From Eledone cirrhosa (taxonomy: Eukaryota), in contig OZ024743.1 in the NCBI GenBank assembly GCA_964016885.1, forward strand, positions 236,964,001 through 237,028,000: a stretch of 64,000 nt of DNA, in the 5' to 3' direction. The position numbers and the translations under genes are program-made. Position 1 is the first letter of the stretch; each line of letters begins with the position of its first letter. Under the pieces are notes generated by a model. The model had not been told where the DNA came from. It worked only from the letters and a program-made list of their open reading frames with translations, and searched no databases. Positions 10,551 through 25,300 of the stretch are shown here, in pieces.

Positions 10551-13500
10551 TGTCTAAGTCTAGAGTCTGTCTTATTATAGAGAGCTACAATATTGACAAT
10601 TTTGTCTAAGTCTAAAGTCTGTCTTGTTATAGACAGCTACAGTATTGACAATTATGTCTAAGTCTAAAGTCTGTCTTGTTATAGACAGCTACAGTATTGA
10701 TTAGTCTGTCTAAGTCTAAAGTCTGTCTTATTATAGACAGCTACAGTACTGATTAGTCTGTCTATGTCTAAAGTCTGTCTTGTTATAGACAACTACAGTA
10801 TTGATTAGTCTGTCTAAGTTTAAAGTCTGTCTTATTATAGACAGATACAGTACTGATTAGTCTGTGAAAGTCTAAAGTCTGTCTGATTATTGACAGCTAC
10901 AGTATTGATTAGTCTGTCTAAGTCTAGAGTCTGTCTTGTTATAGACAGTTACAGTATTGATTAGTCTGTCTAAGTCTAAAGTTTGTCTTATTATAGACAG
11001 CTACAGTATTGACAATTCTGTCTAAGTCTAAAGTCTGTCTTGTTATAGACAGTTACAGTATTGATTAGTCTGTCTAGTTCTAAAGTCTGTCTTATCATAG
11101 ACAGCTACAGCATTGATTAGTCTGTCTAACTCTAAAGTCAGTCTTATTATAGACAGCTACAGTACTGATTAGTCTGTCTAAGACTAAAGTCTGTCTTATT
11201 ATAGACAGCTACAGTATTAACAATTCTGTCTAAGTCTAAAGTCTGTCTTGTTATAAACAGCTACAGTATTGATTAGTCTATCTAAGTCTAAAGTCTGTCT
11301 TATTATAGACAGCTACAGTATTGACAATTATGTCTAAGTCTAAAGTCTGTCTTGTTATAGACAGCTACAGTATTGATTAGTCTGTCTACGTCTAAAGTCT
11401 GTCTTATTATAGACATCTACACTATTGACAATTCTGTCTAAGTCTAAAGTCTGTCTTATTATAGACAGCTACAGTACTGAATAGTCTGTCTAAGTCTAAA
11501 GTCTGTCTTATTATAGACAGCTACAGTATTGGCAATTCTGTCTAAGTCTAAAGTCTGTCTTTTTATAGACAGCTACAGTACTGATTAGTCTGTCTAAGTC
11601 TAAACTCTCTCTTGTTATAGACAACTACAGTATTGATTAGTCTGTCTAAGTCTAAAATCTGTCTTATTATAGACAGCTACACTATTGACAATTCTTTCTA
11701 CGTCTAAACTCTGTCTTGTTATAGACAGCTACAGTACCGATTAGTCTGTCTAAGTCTAATGTCTGTCTTGTTATAGACAGCTACAGTATTGATTAGTCTG
11801 TCTAAGTTTAAAGTCCTTATTAGTATAGACAGCTACAGTACTGATTAGTCTGTCTAAGTCTAAAGTCTGTCTTATTATAGACAGCTACAGTATTGACAAT
11901 TCTCTCTGTGTCTAAACTCTGTCTTATTATAGACAGCTACTGTACTGATCAGTTTGTCTAAGTCTAAAGTCTGTCTTGTTATAGACAGCTACAGTATTGA
12001 TTAGTCTGTCTAAGTCTAAAGTCTGTCTTATTATAGACAGCTACAGTATTGATTAGTATGTCTAGTCTAAAGTATGTCTTGTTATAGACAACTACAGTAT
12101 TGATTAGTTTGTCTAAGTCTAAAATCTGTCTTATTATAGACAGCTACAGTATTGACAATTCTGTCTACGTCTAAAGTCTGTCTTGTTATAGACAGCTACA
12201 GGACCGATTAGTCTGTCTAAGTCTAAAGTCTGTCTTATTATAGACAGCTACAGTATTGACAATTCTCTCTAAGTCTAAAGTCTGTCTTGTTATAGACAGC
12301 TACATCTTTGATTACTCTGTCTAAGACTAAAGTCTGTCTTATCATAGACAGCTACTGTATTGACAATTCTGTCTCAGTCTAAAGTCTGTCTTGTTTTAGA
12401 CAGCTACAGTATTGATTAGTCTGTCTAAGTCTAAAGTCTGTCTTATTATAGATAGCTACAGTTCTGATTAGTCTGTCTAAGTCTAAAGTCTGTCTTATTA
12501 TAGACAGCTACAGTATTGATTAGTCTGTCTAAGTCTAAAGTTTGTCTTATTATAGACAGCTACAGTACTGATTAGTCTGTCTAAGTCTAAAGTATGTCTT
12601 ATTATAGACAGCTACAGTATTGATGATTCTGTCTAAGTCTAAAGTCTGTCTTGTTATAGACAGCTACAGTATTGACAATTCTGTCTAAGTCTAAAGTCTG
12701 TCTTGTTATAGACAACTACAGTATTGATTAGTCTGTCTAAGTCTAAAATATGTCTTATTATAGACAGCTACACTATAGACAATTCTGTCTAAGTCTAAAG
12801 TCTGTCTTTTTATAGACAGCTACAGTACTGATTAGTCTGTCTAAGTCTAAAGTCTGTCTTGTTATAGACAGCTACAGTACTGATTAGTCTGTCTAAGTCT
12901 AAAGTCAGTCTTATTATAGACAGCTACAGTACTGATTAGTCTGTCTAAGTCTAAAGTCTGTATTATTATAGACAGCTAGAGTATTGACAATTCTGTCTAA
13001 GTCTAAAGTCTGTCTTGTTATAAACAGCTACAATATTGATTAGTCTATCTAAGTCTAAAGTCTGTCTTATTATAAACAGCTACAGTATTGATTAGTCTGT
13101 TTAAGTCTAAAGTCTGTCTTATTATAGACAGCTACAGTACTGATTAGTCTGTCTAAGTTTAAAGTCTGTCTTGTTATAGACAGCTACAGTATTGTTTAGT
13201 CTGTCTAAGTCTAAAGTCTGCCTTATTATAGACAGCTACAGTATTGACGATTCTGTCTATGTCTAAAGTGTGAGTTATTATAGACAGCTACAGTATTGAT
13301 TAGTCTGTCTAAGTCTAAAGTCTGTCTTGTTATAGACAGCTACAATATTGATTAGTCTGTCTAAGTCTAAAGTCTGTCTTGTTATAGACAGCTACAGTAT
13401 TGATTAGTCTGTCTAAGTCTAAAGTCTGTCTTGTTATAGACAGCTACAGTATTGATTATTCTGTCTAAGTCTAAAGTCTGTCTTATTATGGACAGTAACA

Positions 13501-16500
13501 GTACTGATTAGTCTGTCTAAGTCTAAAGTCTGTCTTATTATAGACAGCTACAGTATTGCCAATTCTGTCTAAGTGTAAAGTCTGTCCTGTTATAGACAGC
13601 TACAGTATTGATTAGTCTGTCTAAGTCTAAAGTCTGTCTTATTATAGACAGCTACAGTATTGACAATTCTGTCTAAGTCTAAAGTGTGTCTTGTTTTAGA
13701 CAGCTACAGTATTGATTAGTCTGTCTAAGTCTAAAGTCTGTCTTGTTATAGACAGCTACAGTATTGATTAGTCTGTCTAAGTCTAAAGTCTGTCTTATTA
13801 TAGACAGCCACAGTATTGATTAGTCTGTCTAAGTCTAAAGTCTGTCTTATTATAGACAGCTGCAGTACTAATTAATCTGTCTAAGTCTAAAGTCTGTCTT
13901 GTTATAGACAACTACAGTATTGATTAGTCTGTCTAAGTCTAAAGTCTGTCTTGTTATAGACAACTACAGTATTGATTAGTCTGTCTAAGTCTAAAATCTT
14001 TCTTATTATAGACAGCTACAGTATTGACAATTCTGTCTAAGTCTAAAGTCTGTCTTGTTATAGACAGCTACATTATTGATTAGTCTGTCTAAGTCTAAAG
14101 TCTGTCTTATTATAGACCGCTACAGTACTGATTACTCTGTCTAAGTCTAAAGTCTGTCTTGTTATAGACAACTACAGTATTGATTAGTCTGTCTAAGTCT
14201 AAAGTCTGTCTTGTTATAGACAACTACAGTATTGATTAGTCTGTCTAAGTCTAAAGTCTGTCTTGTTATAGACAACTACAGTATTGATTAGTCTGTCTAA
14301 GTCTAAAGTCTGTCTTATTATAGACAGCTACAGTATTGGCAATTCTGTCTAAGTCTAAAGTCTGTCTTTTTATAGACAGCTACAGTACTGATTAGTCTGT
14401 CTAAGTCTAAACTCTCTCTTGTTATAGACAACTACAGTATTGATTAGTCTGTCTAAGTCTAAAATCTGTCTTATTATAGACAGCTACTGTATTGACAATT
14501 CTTTCTACGTCTAAACTCTGTCTTGTTATAGACAGCTACAGTACCGATTAGTCTGTCTAAGTCTAATGTCTGTCTTGTTATAGACAGCTACAGTATTGAT
14601 TAGTCTGTCTAAGTTTAAAGTCTTTCTTAGTATAGACAGCTACAGTACTGATTAGTCTGTCTAAGTCTAAAGTCTGTCTTATTATAGACAGCTACAGTAT
14701 TGACAATTCTCTCTGTGTCTAAAGTCTGTCTTATTATAGACAGCTACAGTACTGATCAGTTTGTCTAAGTCTAAAGTCTGTCTTGTTATAGACAGCTACA
14801 GTATTGATTAGTCTGTCTAAGTCTAAAGTCTGTCTTATTATAGACAGCTACAGTATTGATTAGTATGTCTAGTCTAAAGTATGTCTTCTTATAGACAACT
14901 ACAGTATTGTTTAGTTTGTCTAAGTCTAAAATCTGTCTTATTATAGACAGCTACAGTATTGACAATTGTGTCTACGTCTAAATTCTGTCTTGTTATAGAC
15001 AGCTACAGGACCGATTAGTCTGTCTAAGTCTAAAGTCTTTCTTATTATAGACAGCTACAGTATTGACAATTCTCTCTAAGTCTAAAGTCTGTCTTGTTAT
15101 AGACAGCTACAGTATTGATTACTCTGTCTAAGACTAAAGTCTGTCTTATCATAGACAGCTACTGTATTGACAATTCTGTCTCAGTCTAAAGTCTGTCTTG
15201 TTTTAGACAGCTACAGTATTGATTAGTCTGTCTAACTCTAAAGTCTGTCTTGTTATAGACAGCTACAGTATTGATTAGTATGTCTAAGTCTAAAGTCTGT
15301 CTTATTATAGACAGCTACAGTATTGATTAGTCTGTCTAAGTCTAAAGTTTGTCTTATTATAGACAGCTACAGTACTGATTAGTCTGTCTAAGTCTAAAGT
15401 CTGTCTTATTATAGACAGCTACAGTATTGACAATTCTGTCTAAGTCTAAAGTCTGTCTTGTTATAAACAGCTAAAGTATTGATTAGTCTGTCTAAGTCTA
15501 AAGTCTGTCTTATAATAGACAGCTACAGTATTGACAATTATGTCTAAGTCTAAAGTCTGTCTTGTTATAGACAGCTACAGTATTGATTAGTCTGTCTAAG
15601 TCTAAAGTCTGTCTTACTATAGACAGCTACAGTACTGATTAGTCTGTCTAAGTCTAAAGTCTGTCTTGTTATAGACAACTACAGTATTGATTAGTCTGTC
15701 TAAGTCTAAAATCTGTCTTATTATAGACAGCTACAGTATTGACAATTCTGTCTAAGTCTAAAGTCTGTCTTTTTATAGACAGCTACAGTACTGATTAGTC
15801 TGTCTAAGTCTAAAGTCTGTCTTGTTATAGACAGCTACAGTACTGATTAGTCTGTCTAAGTCTAAAGTCAGTCTTATTATAGACAGCTACACTACTGATT
15901 AGTCTGTCTAAGTCTAAAGTCTGTATTATTATAGACAGCTAGAGTATTGACAATTCTGTCTAAGTCTAAAGTCTGTCTTGTTATAAACAGCTACAGTATT
16001 GATTAGTCTATCTAAGTCTAAAGTCTGTCTTATTATAAACAGGTACAGTATTGATTAGTCTGTTTAAGTCTAAAGTCTGTCTTATTATAGACAGCTACAG
16101 TACTGATTAGTCTGTCTAAGTTTAAAGTCTGTCTTGTTATAGACAGCTACAGTATTGTTTAGTCTGTCTAAGTCTAAAGTCTGCCTTATTATAGACAGCT
16201 ACAGTATTGACGATTCTGTCTAAGTCTAAAGTCTGAGTTATTATAGACAGCTACAGTATTGATTAGTCTGTCTAAGTGTAAAGTCTGTCTTGTTATAGAC
16301 AGCTACAATATTGATTAGTCTGTCTAAGTCTAAACTCTGTCTTGTTATAGACAGTTACAGTATTGATTAGTCTGTCTAAGTCTAAAGTCTGTCTTATTAA
16401 AGACAGCTACAGTATTGACAACTCTGTCTAAGTCTAAAGTCTGCCTTGTTATAGACAGCTACAGTATTGATTAGTCTGTCTAAGTCTAAAGTCTGTCTGG

Positions 16501-19300
16501 TTATAGACAGCTACAGTATTGATTAGTCTGTCTAAGTCTAAAGTCTGTCTTATTATAGACAGCTACAGTATTGCCAATTCTGTCTAAGTGTAAAGTCTGT
16601 CCTGTTATAGACAGCTACAGTATTGATTAGTCTGTCTAAGTCTAAAGTCTGTCTTATTATAGAGAGCTACAGTATTGACAATTCTGTCTAAGTCTAAAGT
16701 GTGTCTTGTTATAGACAGCTACATTATTGATTACTCTGTCTAAGTCTAAAGTCTGTCTTATCATAGACAGCTACAGTATTGACAATTCTGTCTCAGTCTA
16801 AAGTCTGTCTTGTTTTAGACAGCTACAGTATTGATTAGTCTGTCTAAGTCTAAAGTCTGTCTTATTATAGACAGCTACAGTATTGATTAGTCTGTCTAAG
16901 TCTAAAGTCTGTCTTGTTATAGACAACTACAGTATTGATTAGTCTGTCTAAGTCTAAAGTCTGTCTTATTATAGACAGCTACAGTATTGGCAATTCTGTC
17001 TAAGTCTAAAGTCTGTCTTTTTATAGACAGCTACAGTACTGATTAGTCTGTCTAAGTCTAAAGTCTGTCTTATTATAGACAGCTACAGTATTGACAATTC
17101 TCTCTGTGTCTAAACTCTGTCTTATTATAGACAGCTACAGTACTGATCAGTTTGTCTCAGTCTAAAGTCTGTCTTGTTTTAGACAGCTACAGTATTGATT
17201 AGTCTGTCTAAGTCTAAAGTCTGTCTTGTTATAGACAGCTACAGTATTGATTAGTCTGTCTAAGTCTAAAGTCTGTCTTATTATAGACAGCTACAGTATT
17301 GATTAGTATGTCTAGTCTAAAGTATGTCTTCTTATAGACAACTACAGTATTGATTAGTTTGTCTAAGTCTAAAATCTGTCTTATTATAGACAGCTACAGT
17401 ATTGACAATTCTGTCTACGTCTAAAGTCTGTCTTGTTATAGATAGCTACAGGACCGATTAGTCTGTCTAAGTCTAAAGTCTTTCTTATTATAGACAGCTA
17501 CAGTATTGACAATTCTCTCTAAGTCTAAAGTCTGTCTTGTTTTAGACAGCTACAGTATTGATTAGTCTGTCTAACTCTAAAGTGTGTCTTGTTATAGACA
17601 GCTACAGTATTGATTAGTCTGTCTAAGTCTAAAGTCTGTCTTATTATAGACAGCTACAGTATTGATTAGTCTATCTAAGTCTAAAGTCTGTCTTATTATA
17701 GACAGCTACAGTATTGATTAGTCTGTTTAAGTCTAAAGTCTGTCTTATTATAGACAGCTACAGTATTGACGATTCTGTCTAAGTCTAAAGTCTGAGTTAT
17801 TATAGACAGCTACAGTATTGATTAGTCTGTCTAAGTGTAAAGTCTGTCTTGTTATAGACAGCTACAATATTGATTAGTCTGTCTATGTCTAAAGTCTGTC
17901 TTGTTATAGACAGTTACAGTATTGATTAGTCTGTCTAAGTCTAAAGTCTGTCTTATTAAAGACAGCTACAGTATTGACAATTCTGTCTAAGTCTAAAGTC
18001 TGTCTTGTTATAGACAGCTACAGTATTGATTAGTCTGTCTAAGTCTAAAGTCTGTCTTATTATGGACAGTAACAGTACTGATTAGTCTGTCTAAGTCTAA
18101 AGTCTGTCTTATTATAGACAGCTACAGTATTGCCAATTCTGTCTAAGTGTAAAGTCTGTCCTGTTATAGACAGCTACAGTATTGATTAGTCTGTCTAAGT
18201 CTAAAGTCTGTCTTATTATAGTCTTATCAATAATAAGTCTAAAGTCTGTCTTGTTATAGACAGTTACAGTATTGATTAGTCTGTCTAAGTCTAAAGTCTG
18301 TCTTATTATAGACAGCTACAGTATTGACAATTCTGTCTAAGTCTAAAGTCTGTCTTGTTATAGACAGCTACAGTATTGATTACTCTGTCTAAGTCTAAAG
18401 TCTGTCTTATCATAGACAGCTACAGTATTGACAATTCTGTCTCAGTCTAAAGTCTGTCCTGTTATAGACAGCTACAGTATTGATTAGTCTGTCTAAGTCT
18501 AAAGTCTGTCTTATTATAGTCTTATCAATAATAAGTCTAAAGTCTGTCTTGTTATAGACAGTTACAGTATTGATTAGTCTGTCTAAGTCTAAAGTCTGTC
18601 TTATTATAGACAGCTACAGTATTGACAATTCTGTCTAAGTCTAAAGTCTGTCTTGTTATAGACAGCTACAGTATTGATTACTCTGTCTAAGTCTAAAGTC
18701 TGTCTTATCATAGACAGCTACAGTATTGACAATTCTGTCTCAGTCTAAAGTCTGTCTTGTTATAGACAGCTACAGTATTGATTTGTCTGTCTAAGTCTAA
18801 AGTCTGTCTTATTATAGATAGCTACAGTACTGATTAGTCTGTCTAAGTCTAAAGTCTGTCTTATTATAGACAGCTACAGTATTGATTAGTCTGTCTAAGT
18901 CTAAAGTCTGTCTTATTATAGACAGCTACAGTATTGACAATTCTGTCTAAGTCTAAAGCCTGTCTTGTTATAAACAGCTACAGTATTGATTAGTCTGTCT
19001 AAGTCTAAAGTTTGTCTTAATATAGATAGCTACAGTATTGACAATTATGTCTAAGTCTAAAGTCTGTCTTGTTATAGACAGCTACAGTATTGATTAGTCT
19101 GTCTAAGTCTAAAGTCTGTCTTATTATAGACAGCTACATTACTGATTAGTCTGTCTAAGTCTAAAGTCTGTCTTATTATAGATAGCTACAGTACTGATTA
19201 GTCTGTCTAAGTCTAAAGTCTGTCTTATTATAGACAGCTACAGTATTGACAATTCTGTCTAAGACTAAAGTCTGTCTTGTTATAAACAGCTACAGTATTG
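10550..19300 (+). repeat. Middle satellite sub-domain (variant set B), more heterogeneous, with 47-54-monomer quasi-period
   Basis: GGACCGATTA at 12201, 15008 and 17451 (spacings 2,807 = 54x52-1 and 2,443 = 47x52-1), each preceded by a 51-bp monomer (TCTAGTCTAAAGTATG at 12061, 14868, 17311). Confidence 0.75.
18150..18745 (+). repeat. 298-bp tandem duplication carrying an aberrant 38-bp monomer
   Basis: Non-consensus TCTTATCAATAA at 18222-18233 and 18520-18531; offset 298 = 5x52+38; the following monomers carry the same variants in the same order. Confidence 0.92.
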
Positions 19301-22300
19301 ATTAGTCTGTCTAAGTCTAAAGTCTGTCTTATTATAGACAGCTACAGTATTGACAATTATGTCTAAGTCTAAAGTCTGTCTTGTTATAGACAGCTACAGT
19401 ATTGATTAGTCTGTCTAAGTCTAAAGTCTGTCTTATTATAGACAGCTACAGTACTGATTAGTCTGTCTAAGTCTAAAGTCTGTCTTGTTATAAACAACTA
19501 CAGTATTGATTAGTCTGTCTAAGTCTAAAATCTGTCTTATTATAGACAGCTACAGTATTGGCAATTCTGTCTAAGTCTAAAGTCTGTCTTTTTATAGACA
19601 GCTACAATACTGATTAGTCTGTCTAAGTCTAAAGTCTGTCTTGTTATAGACAGCTACAGTACCGATTAGTCTGTCTAAGTCTAATGTCTGTCTTGTTATA
19701 GACAGCTACAATATTGATTAGTCTGTCTAAGTTTAAAGTTTTTCTTATTATAGACAGCTACAGTACTGATTAGTCTGTCTAAGTCTAAATTCTATCTTAT
19801 TATAGACAGCTACAGTATTGATTAGTCTGTTTAAGTCTAAAGACTGTCTTATTATAGACAGCTACAGTATTGACGATTCTGTCTACGTCTAAAGTCTGTC
19901 TTGTTATAGACAGCTACAGTATTGATTAGTCTGTCTAAGTCTTAAGTCTGTCTTGTTATAGACAGCTACAGTATTGATTAGAATGTCTAAGTCTAAAGTC
20001 TGTCTTATTATAGAGATCTACAGCATTGATTAGTCTGTCTAATTCTAAAGTCCGTCTTATTAAAGACAGCTACAGTATTGACAATTCTGTCTAAGTCTAA
20101 AGTCTGTCTTTTTATAGACAGCTACAGTACTGATTAGTCTGTCTAAGTCTAAAATCTGTCTTATTATAGACAGCTACAGTATTGACAATTCTGTCTACGT
20201 CTAAAGTCTGTCTTGTTATAGACAGCTACAGTACCGATTAGTCTGTCTAAGTCTAATGTCTGTCTTGTTATAGACAGCTACAGTATTGATTATTCTGTCT
20301 AAGTTTAAAGTCTTTCTTAGTATAGACAGCTACAGTATTGACAATTCTCTCTGAGTCTAAAGTCTGTCTTATTATAGACAGCTACAGTATTGATTAGTCT
20401 GTTTAAGTCTAAACTCTGTCTTATTATAGACAGCTACAGTACTGATCAGTTTGTCTAAGTCTAAAGTCTGTCTTGTTATAGACAGCTACAGCATTGATTA
20501 GTCTTTCTAAGTCTAAAGTCTGTCTTATTATAGACAGCTACAGTATTGATTAGTCTGTCTAAGTCTAAAGTCTGTCTTATTATAGACAGCTACAGTATTG
20601 ATTAGTCTGTCTAAGTCTAAAGTATGTCTTGTTATAGACAGCTACAGTATTGATTAGTCTGTCTAAGTCTAAAGTCTGTCTTATTATAGACAGCTACAGT
20701 ATTTATTAGTCTGTCTAAGTCTAAAGTCTGTCTTATTATAGACAGCTACAGTACTGATTAGTCTGTCTAAGTCTAAAGTCTGTCTTATTATGGACAGTTA
20801 CAGTACTGATTAGTCTGTCTAAGTCTAAAGTCTGTCTTATCATAGACAGCTACAGTATTGACAATTCTGTCTCAGTCTAAAGTCTGTCTTGTTTTAGACA
20901 GCTACAGTATTGATTAGTGTGTCTAAGTCTAAAGTCTGTCTTGTAATAGACAGCTACAGTATTGATTAGTCTGTCTAAGTCTAAAGTCTGTCTTATTATA
21001 GACAGCTACAGTATTGATTAGTCTGTCTAAGTCTAAAGTCTGTCTTATTATAGACAGCTACAGTATTGACAATTCTGTCTAAGTCTAAAGTCTGTCTTGT
21101 TATAGACAGCTACAGTATTGATTAGTCTGTCTAAGTCTAAAGTCTGTCTTGTTATAGACAGCTACAGTATTGATTATTCTGTCTAAGTCTAAAGTCTGTC
21201 TTATTATGGACAGTAACAGTACTGATTAGTCTGTCTAAGTCTAAAGTCTGTCTTATTATAGACAGCTACAGTATTGCCAATTCTGTCTAAGTGTAAAGTC
21301 TGTCCTGTTATAGACAGCTACAGTATTGATTAGTCTGTCTAAGTCTAAAGTCTGTCTTATTATAGACAGCTACAGCATTGACAATTCTGTCTAAGTCTAA
21401 AGTGTGTCTTGTTATAGACAGCTACAGTATTGATTACTCTGTCTAAGTCTAAAGTCTGTCTTATCATAGACAGCTACAGTATTGACAATTCTGTCTCAGT
21501 CTAAAGTCTGTCTTGTTTTAGACAGCTACAGTATTGATTAGTCTGTCTAAGTCTAAAGTCTGTCTTGTTATAGACAGCTACAATATTGATTAGTCTGTCT
21601 AAGTCTAAAGTCTGTCTTGTTATAGACAGCTACAGTATTGATTAGTCTGTCTAAGTCTAAAGTCTGTCTTGTTATAGACAGCTACAGTATTGATTATTCT
21701 GTCTAAGTCTAAAGTCTGTCTTATTATGGACAGTAACAGTACTGTTTAGTCTGTCTAAGTCTAAAGTCTGTCTTATTATAGACAGCTACAGTATTGCCAA
21801 TTCTGTCTAAGTGTAAAGTCTGACCTGTTATAGACAGCTACAGTATTGATTAGTCTGTCTAATTCTAAAGTCTGTCTTATTATAGACAGCTACAGTATTG
21901 ACGATTCTGTCTATGTCTAAAGTCTGAGTTATTATAGACAGCTACAGTATTGATTAGTCTGTCTAAGTGTAAAGTCTGTCTTGTTATAGACAGCTACAAT
22001 ATTGATTAGTCTGTCTAAGTCTAAAGTCTGTCTTGTTATAGACAGCTACAGTATTGATTAGTCTGTCTAAGTCTAAAGTCTGTCTTGTTATAGACAGCAA
22101 CAGTATTGATTATTCTGTCTAAGTCTAAAGTGTGTCTTGTTATAGACAGCTACATTATTGATTACTCTGTCTAAGTCTAAAGTCTGTCTTATCATAGACA
22201 GCTACAGTATTGACAATTCTGTCTCAGTCTAAAGTCTGTCTTGTTTTAGACAGCTACAGTATTGATTAGTCTGTCTAAGTCTAAAGTCTGTCTTATTATG

Positions 22301-25300
22301 GACAGTAACAGTACTGATTAGTCTGTCTAAGTCTAAAGTCTGTCTTATTATAGACAGCTACAGTATTGCCAATTCTGTCTAAGTGTAAAGTCTGTCCTGT
22401 TATAGACAGCTACAGTATTGATTAGTCTGTCTAAGTCTAAAGTCTGTCTTATTATAGACAGCTACAGTATTGACAATTCTGTCTAAGTCTAACATGTGTC
22501 TTGTTATAGACAGCTACATTATTGATTACTCTGTCTAAGTCTAAAGTCTGTCTTATCATAGACAGCTACAGTATTGACAATTCTGTCTCAATCTAAAGTC
22601 TGTCTTGTTTTAGACAGCTACAGTATTGATTAGTCTGTCTAAGTCTAAAGTCTGTCTTGTTATAGACAGCTACAGTATTGATTAGTCTGTCTAAGTCTAA
22701 AGTCTGTCTTATTATAGACAGCCACAGTATTTATTAGTCTGTCTAAGTCTAAAGTCTGTCTTATTATAGACAGCTGCAGTACTGATTACTCTGTCTAAGT
22801 CTAAAGTCTGTCTTTTTATAGACAACTACAGTATTGATTAGTCTGTCTAAGTCTAAAGTCTGTCTTGTTATAGACAACTACAGTATTGATTAGTCTGTCT
22901 AAGTCTAAAATCTTTCTTATTATAGACAGCTACAGTATTGACAATTATGTCTAAGTCTAAAGTCTGTCTTGTTATAGAGAGCTACAGTATTGATTAGTCT
23001 GTCTAAGTCTAAAGTCTGTCTTATTATAGACAGCTACAGTACTGATTAGTCTGTCTAAGCCTAAAGTCTGTCTTGTTATAAACAACTACAGTATTGATTA
23101 GTCTGTCTAAGTCTAAAATCTGTCTTATTATAGACAGCTACAGTATTGGCAATTCTGTCTAAGTCTAAAGTCTGTCTTTTTATAGACAGCTACAGTACTG
23201 ATTAGTCTGTCTAAGTCTAAAGTCTGTCTTGTTATAGACAGCTACAGTACCGATTAGTCTGTCTAAGTCTAATGTCTTGTTATAGACAGCTACAATATTG
23301 ATTAGTCTGTCTAAGTTTAAAGTTTTTCTTATTATAGACAGCTACAGTACTGATTAGTCTGTCTAAGTCTAAATTCTATCTTATTATAGACAGCTACAGT
23401 ATTGATTAGTCTGTTTAAGTCTAAAGACTGTCTTATTATAGACAGCTACAGTATTGACGATTCTGTCTAAGTCTAAAGTCTGTCTTGTTATAGACAGCTA
23501 CAGTATTGATTAGTCTGTCTAAGTCTAAAGTCTGTCTTGTTATAGACAGCTACAGTATTGATTAGTCTGTCTAAGTCTTAAGTCTGTCTTGTTATAGACA
23601 GCTACAGTATTGATTAGAATGTCTAAGTCTAAAGTCTGTCTTATTATAGAGAGCTACAGCATTGATTAGTCTGTCTAATTCTAAAGTCCGTCTTATTATA
23701 GACAGCTACAGTATTGACAATTCTGTCTAAGTCTAAAGTCCGTCTTTTTATAGACAGCTACAGTACTGATTAGTCTGTCTAAGTCTAAAATCTGTCTTAT
23801 TATAGACAGCTACAGTATTGACAATTCTGTCTACGTCTAAAGTCTGTCTTGTTATAGACAGCTACAGTACCGATTAGTCTGTCTAAGTCTAATGTCTGTC
23901 TTGTTATAGACAGCTACAGTATTGATTATTCTGTCTAAGTTTAAAGTCTTTCTTAGTATAGACAGCTACAGTATTGACAATTCTCTCTGAGTCTAAAGTC
24001 TGTCTTATTATAGACAGCTACAGTATTGATTAGTCTGTTTAAGTCTAAACTCTGTCTTATTATAGACAGCTACAGTACTGATCAGTTTGTCTAAGTCTAA
24101 AGTCTGTCTTGTTATAGACAGCTACAGCATTGATTAGTCTTTCTAAGTCTAAAGTCTGTCTTATTATAGACAGCTACAGTATTGATTAGTCTGTCTAAGT
24201 CTAAAGTCTGTCTTATTATAGACAGCTACAGTATTGATTAGTCTGTCTAAGTCTAAAGTATGTCTTGTTATAGACAGCTACAGTATTGATTAGTCTGTCT
24301 AAGTCTAAAGTCTGTCTTATTATAGACAGCTACAGTATTTATTAGTCTGTCTAAGTCTAAAGTCTGTCTTATTATAGACAGCTACAGTACTGATTAGTCT
24401 GTCTAAGTCTAAAGTCTGTCTTATTATGGACAGTTACAGTACTGATTAGTCTGTCTAAGTCTAAAGTCTGTCTTATCATAGACAGCTACAGTATTGACAA
24501 TTCTGTCTCAGTCTAAAGTCTGTCTTGTTTTAGACAGCTACAGTATTGATTAGTGTGTCTAAGTCTAAAGTCTGTCTTGTAATAGACAGCTACAGTATTG
24601 ATTAGTCTGTCTAAGTCTAAAGTCTGTCTTATTATAGACAGCTACAGTATTGATTAGTCTGTCTAAGTCTAAAGTCTGTCTTATTATAGACAGCTACAGT
24701 ATTGACAATTCTGTCTAAGTCTAAAGTCTGTCTTGTTATAGACAGCTACAGTATTGATTAGTCTGTCTAAGTCTAAAGTCTGTCTTGTTATAGACAGCTA
24801 CAGTATTGATTATTCTGTCTAAGTCTAAAGTCTGTCTTATTATGGACAGTAACAGTACTGATTAGTCTGTCTAAGTCTAAAGTCTGTCTTATTATAGACA
24901 GCTACAGTATTGCCAATTCTGTCTAAGTGTAAAGGCTGTCCTGTTATAGACAGCTACAGTATTGATTAGTCTGTCTAAGTCTAAAGTCTGTCTTATTATA
25001 GACAGCTACAGCATTGACAATTCTGTCTAAGTCTAAAGTGTGTCTTGTTATAGACAGCTACAGTATTGATTACTCTGTCTAAGTCTAAAGTCTGTCTTAT
25101 CATAGACAGCTACAGTATTGACAATTCTGTCTCAGTCTAAAGTCTGTCTTGTTTTAGACAGCTACAGTATTGATTAGTCTGTCTAAGTCTAAAGTCTGTC
25201 TTGTTATAGACAGCTACAATATTGATTAGTCTGTCTAAGTCTAAAGTCTGTCTTGTTATAGACAGCTACAGTATTGATTAGTCTGTCTAAGTCTAAAGTC

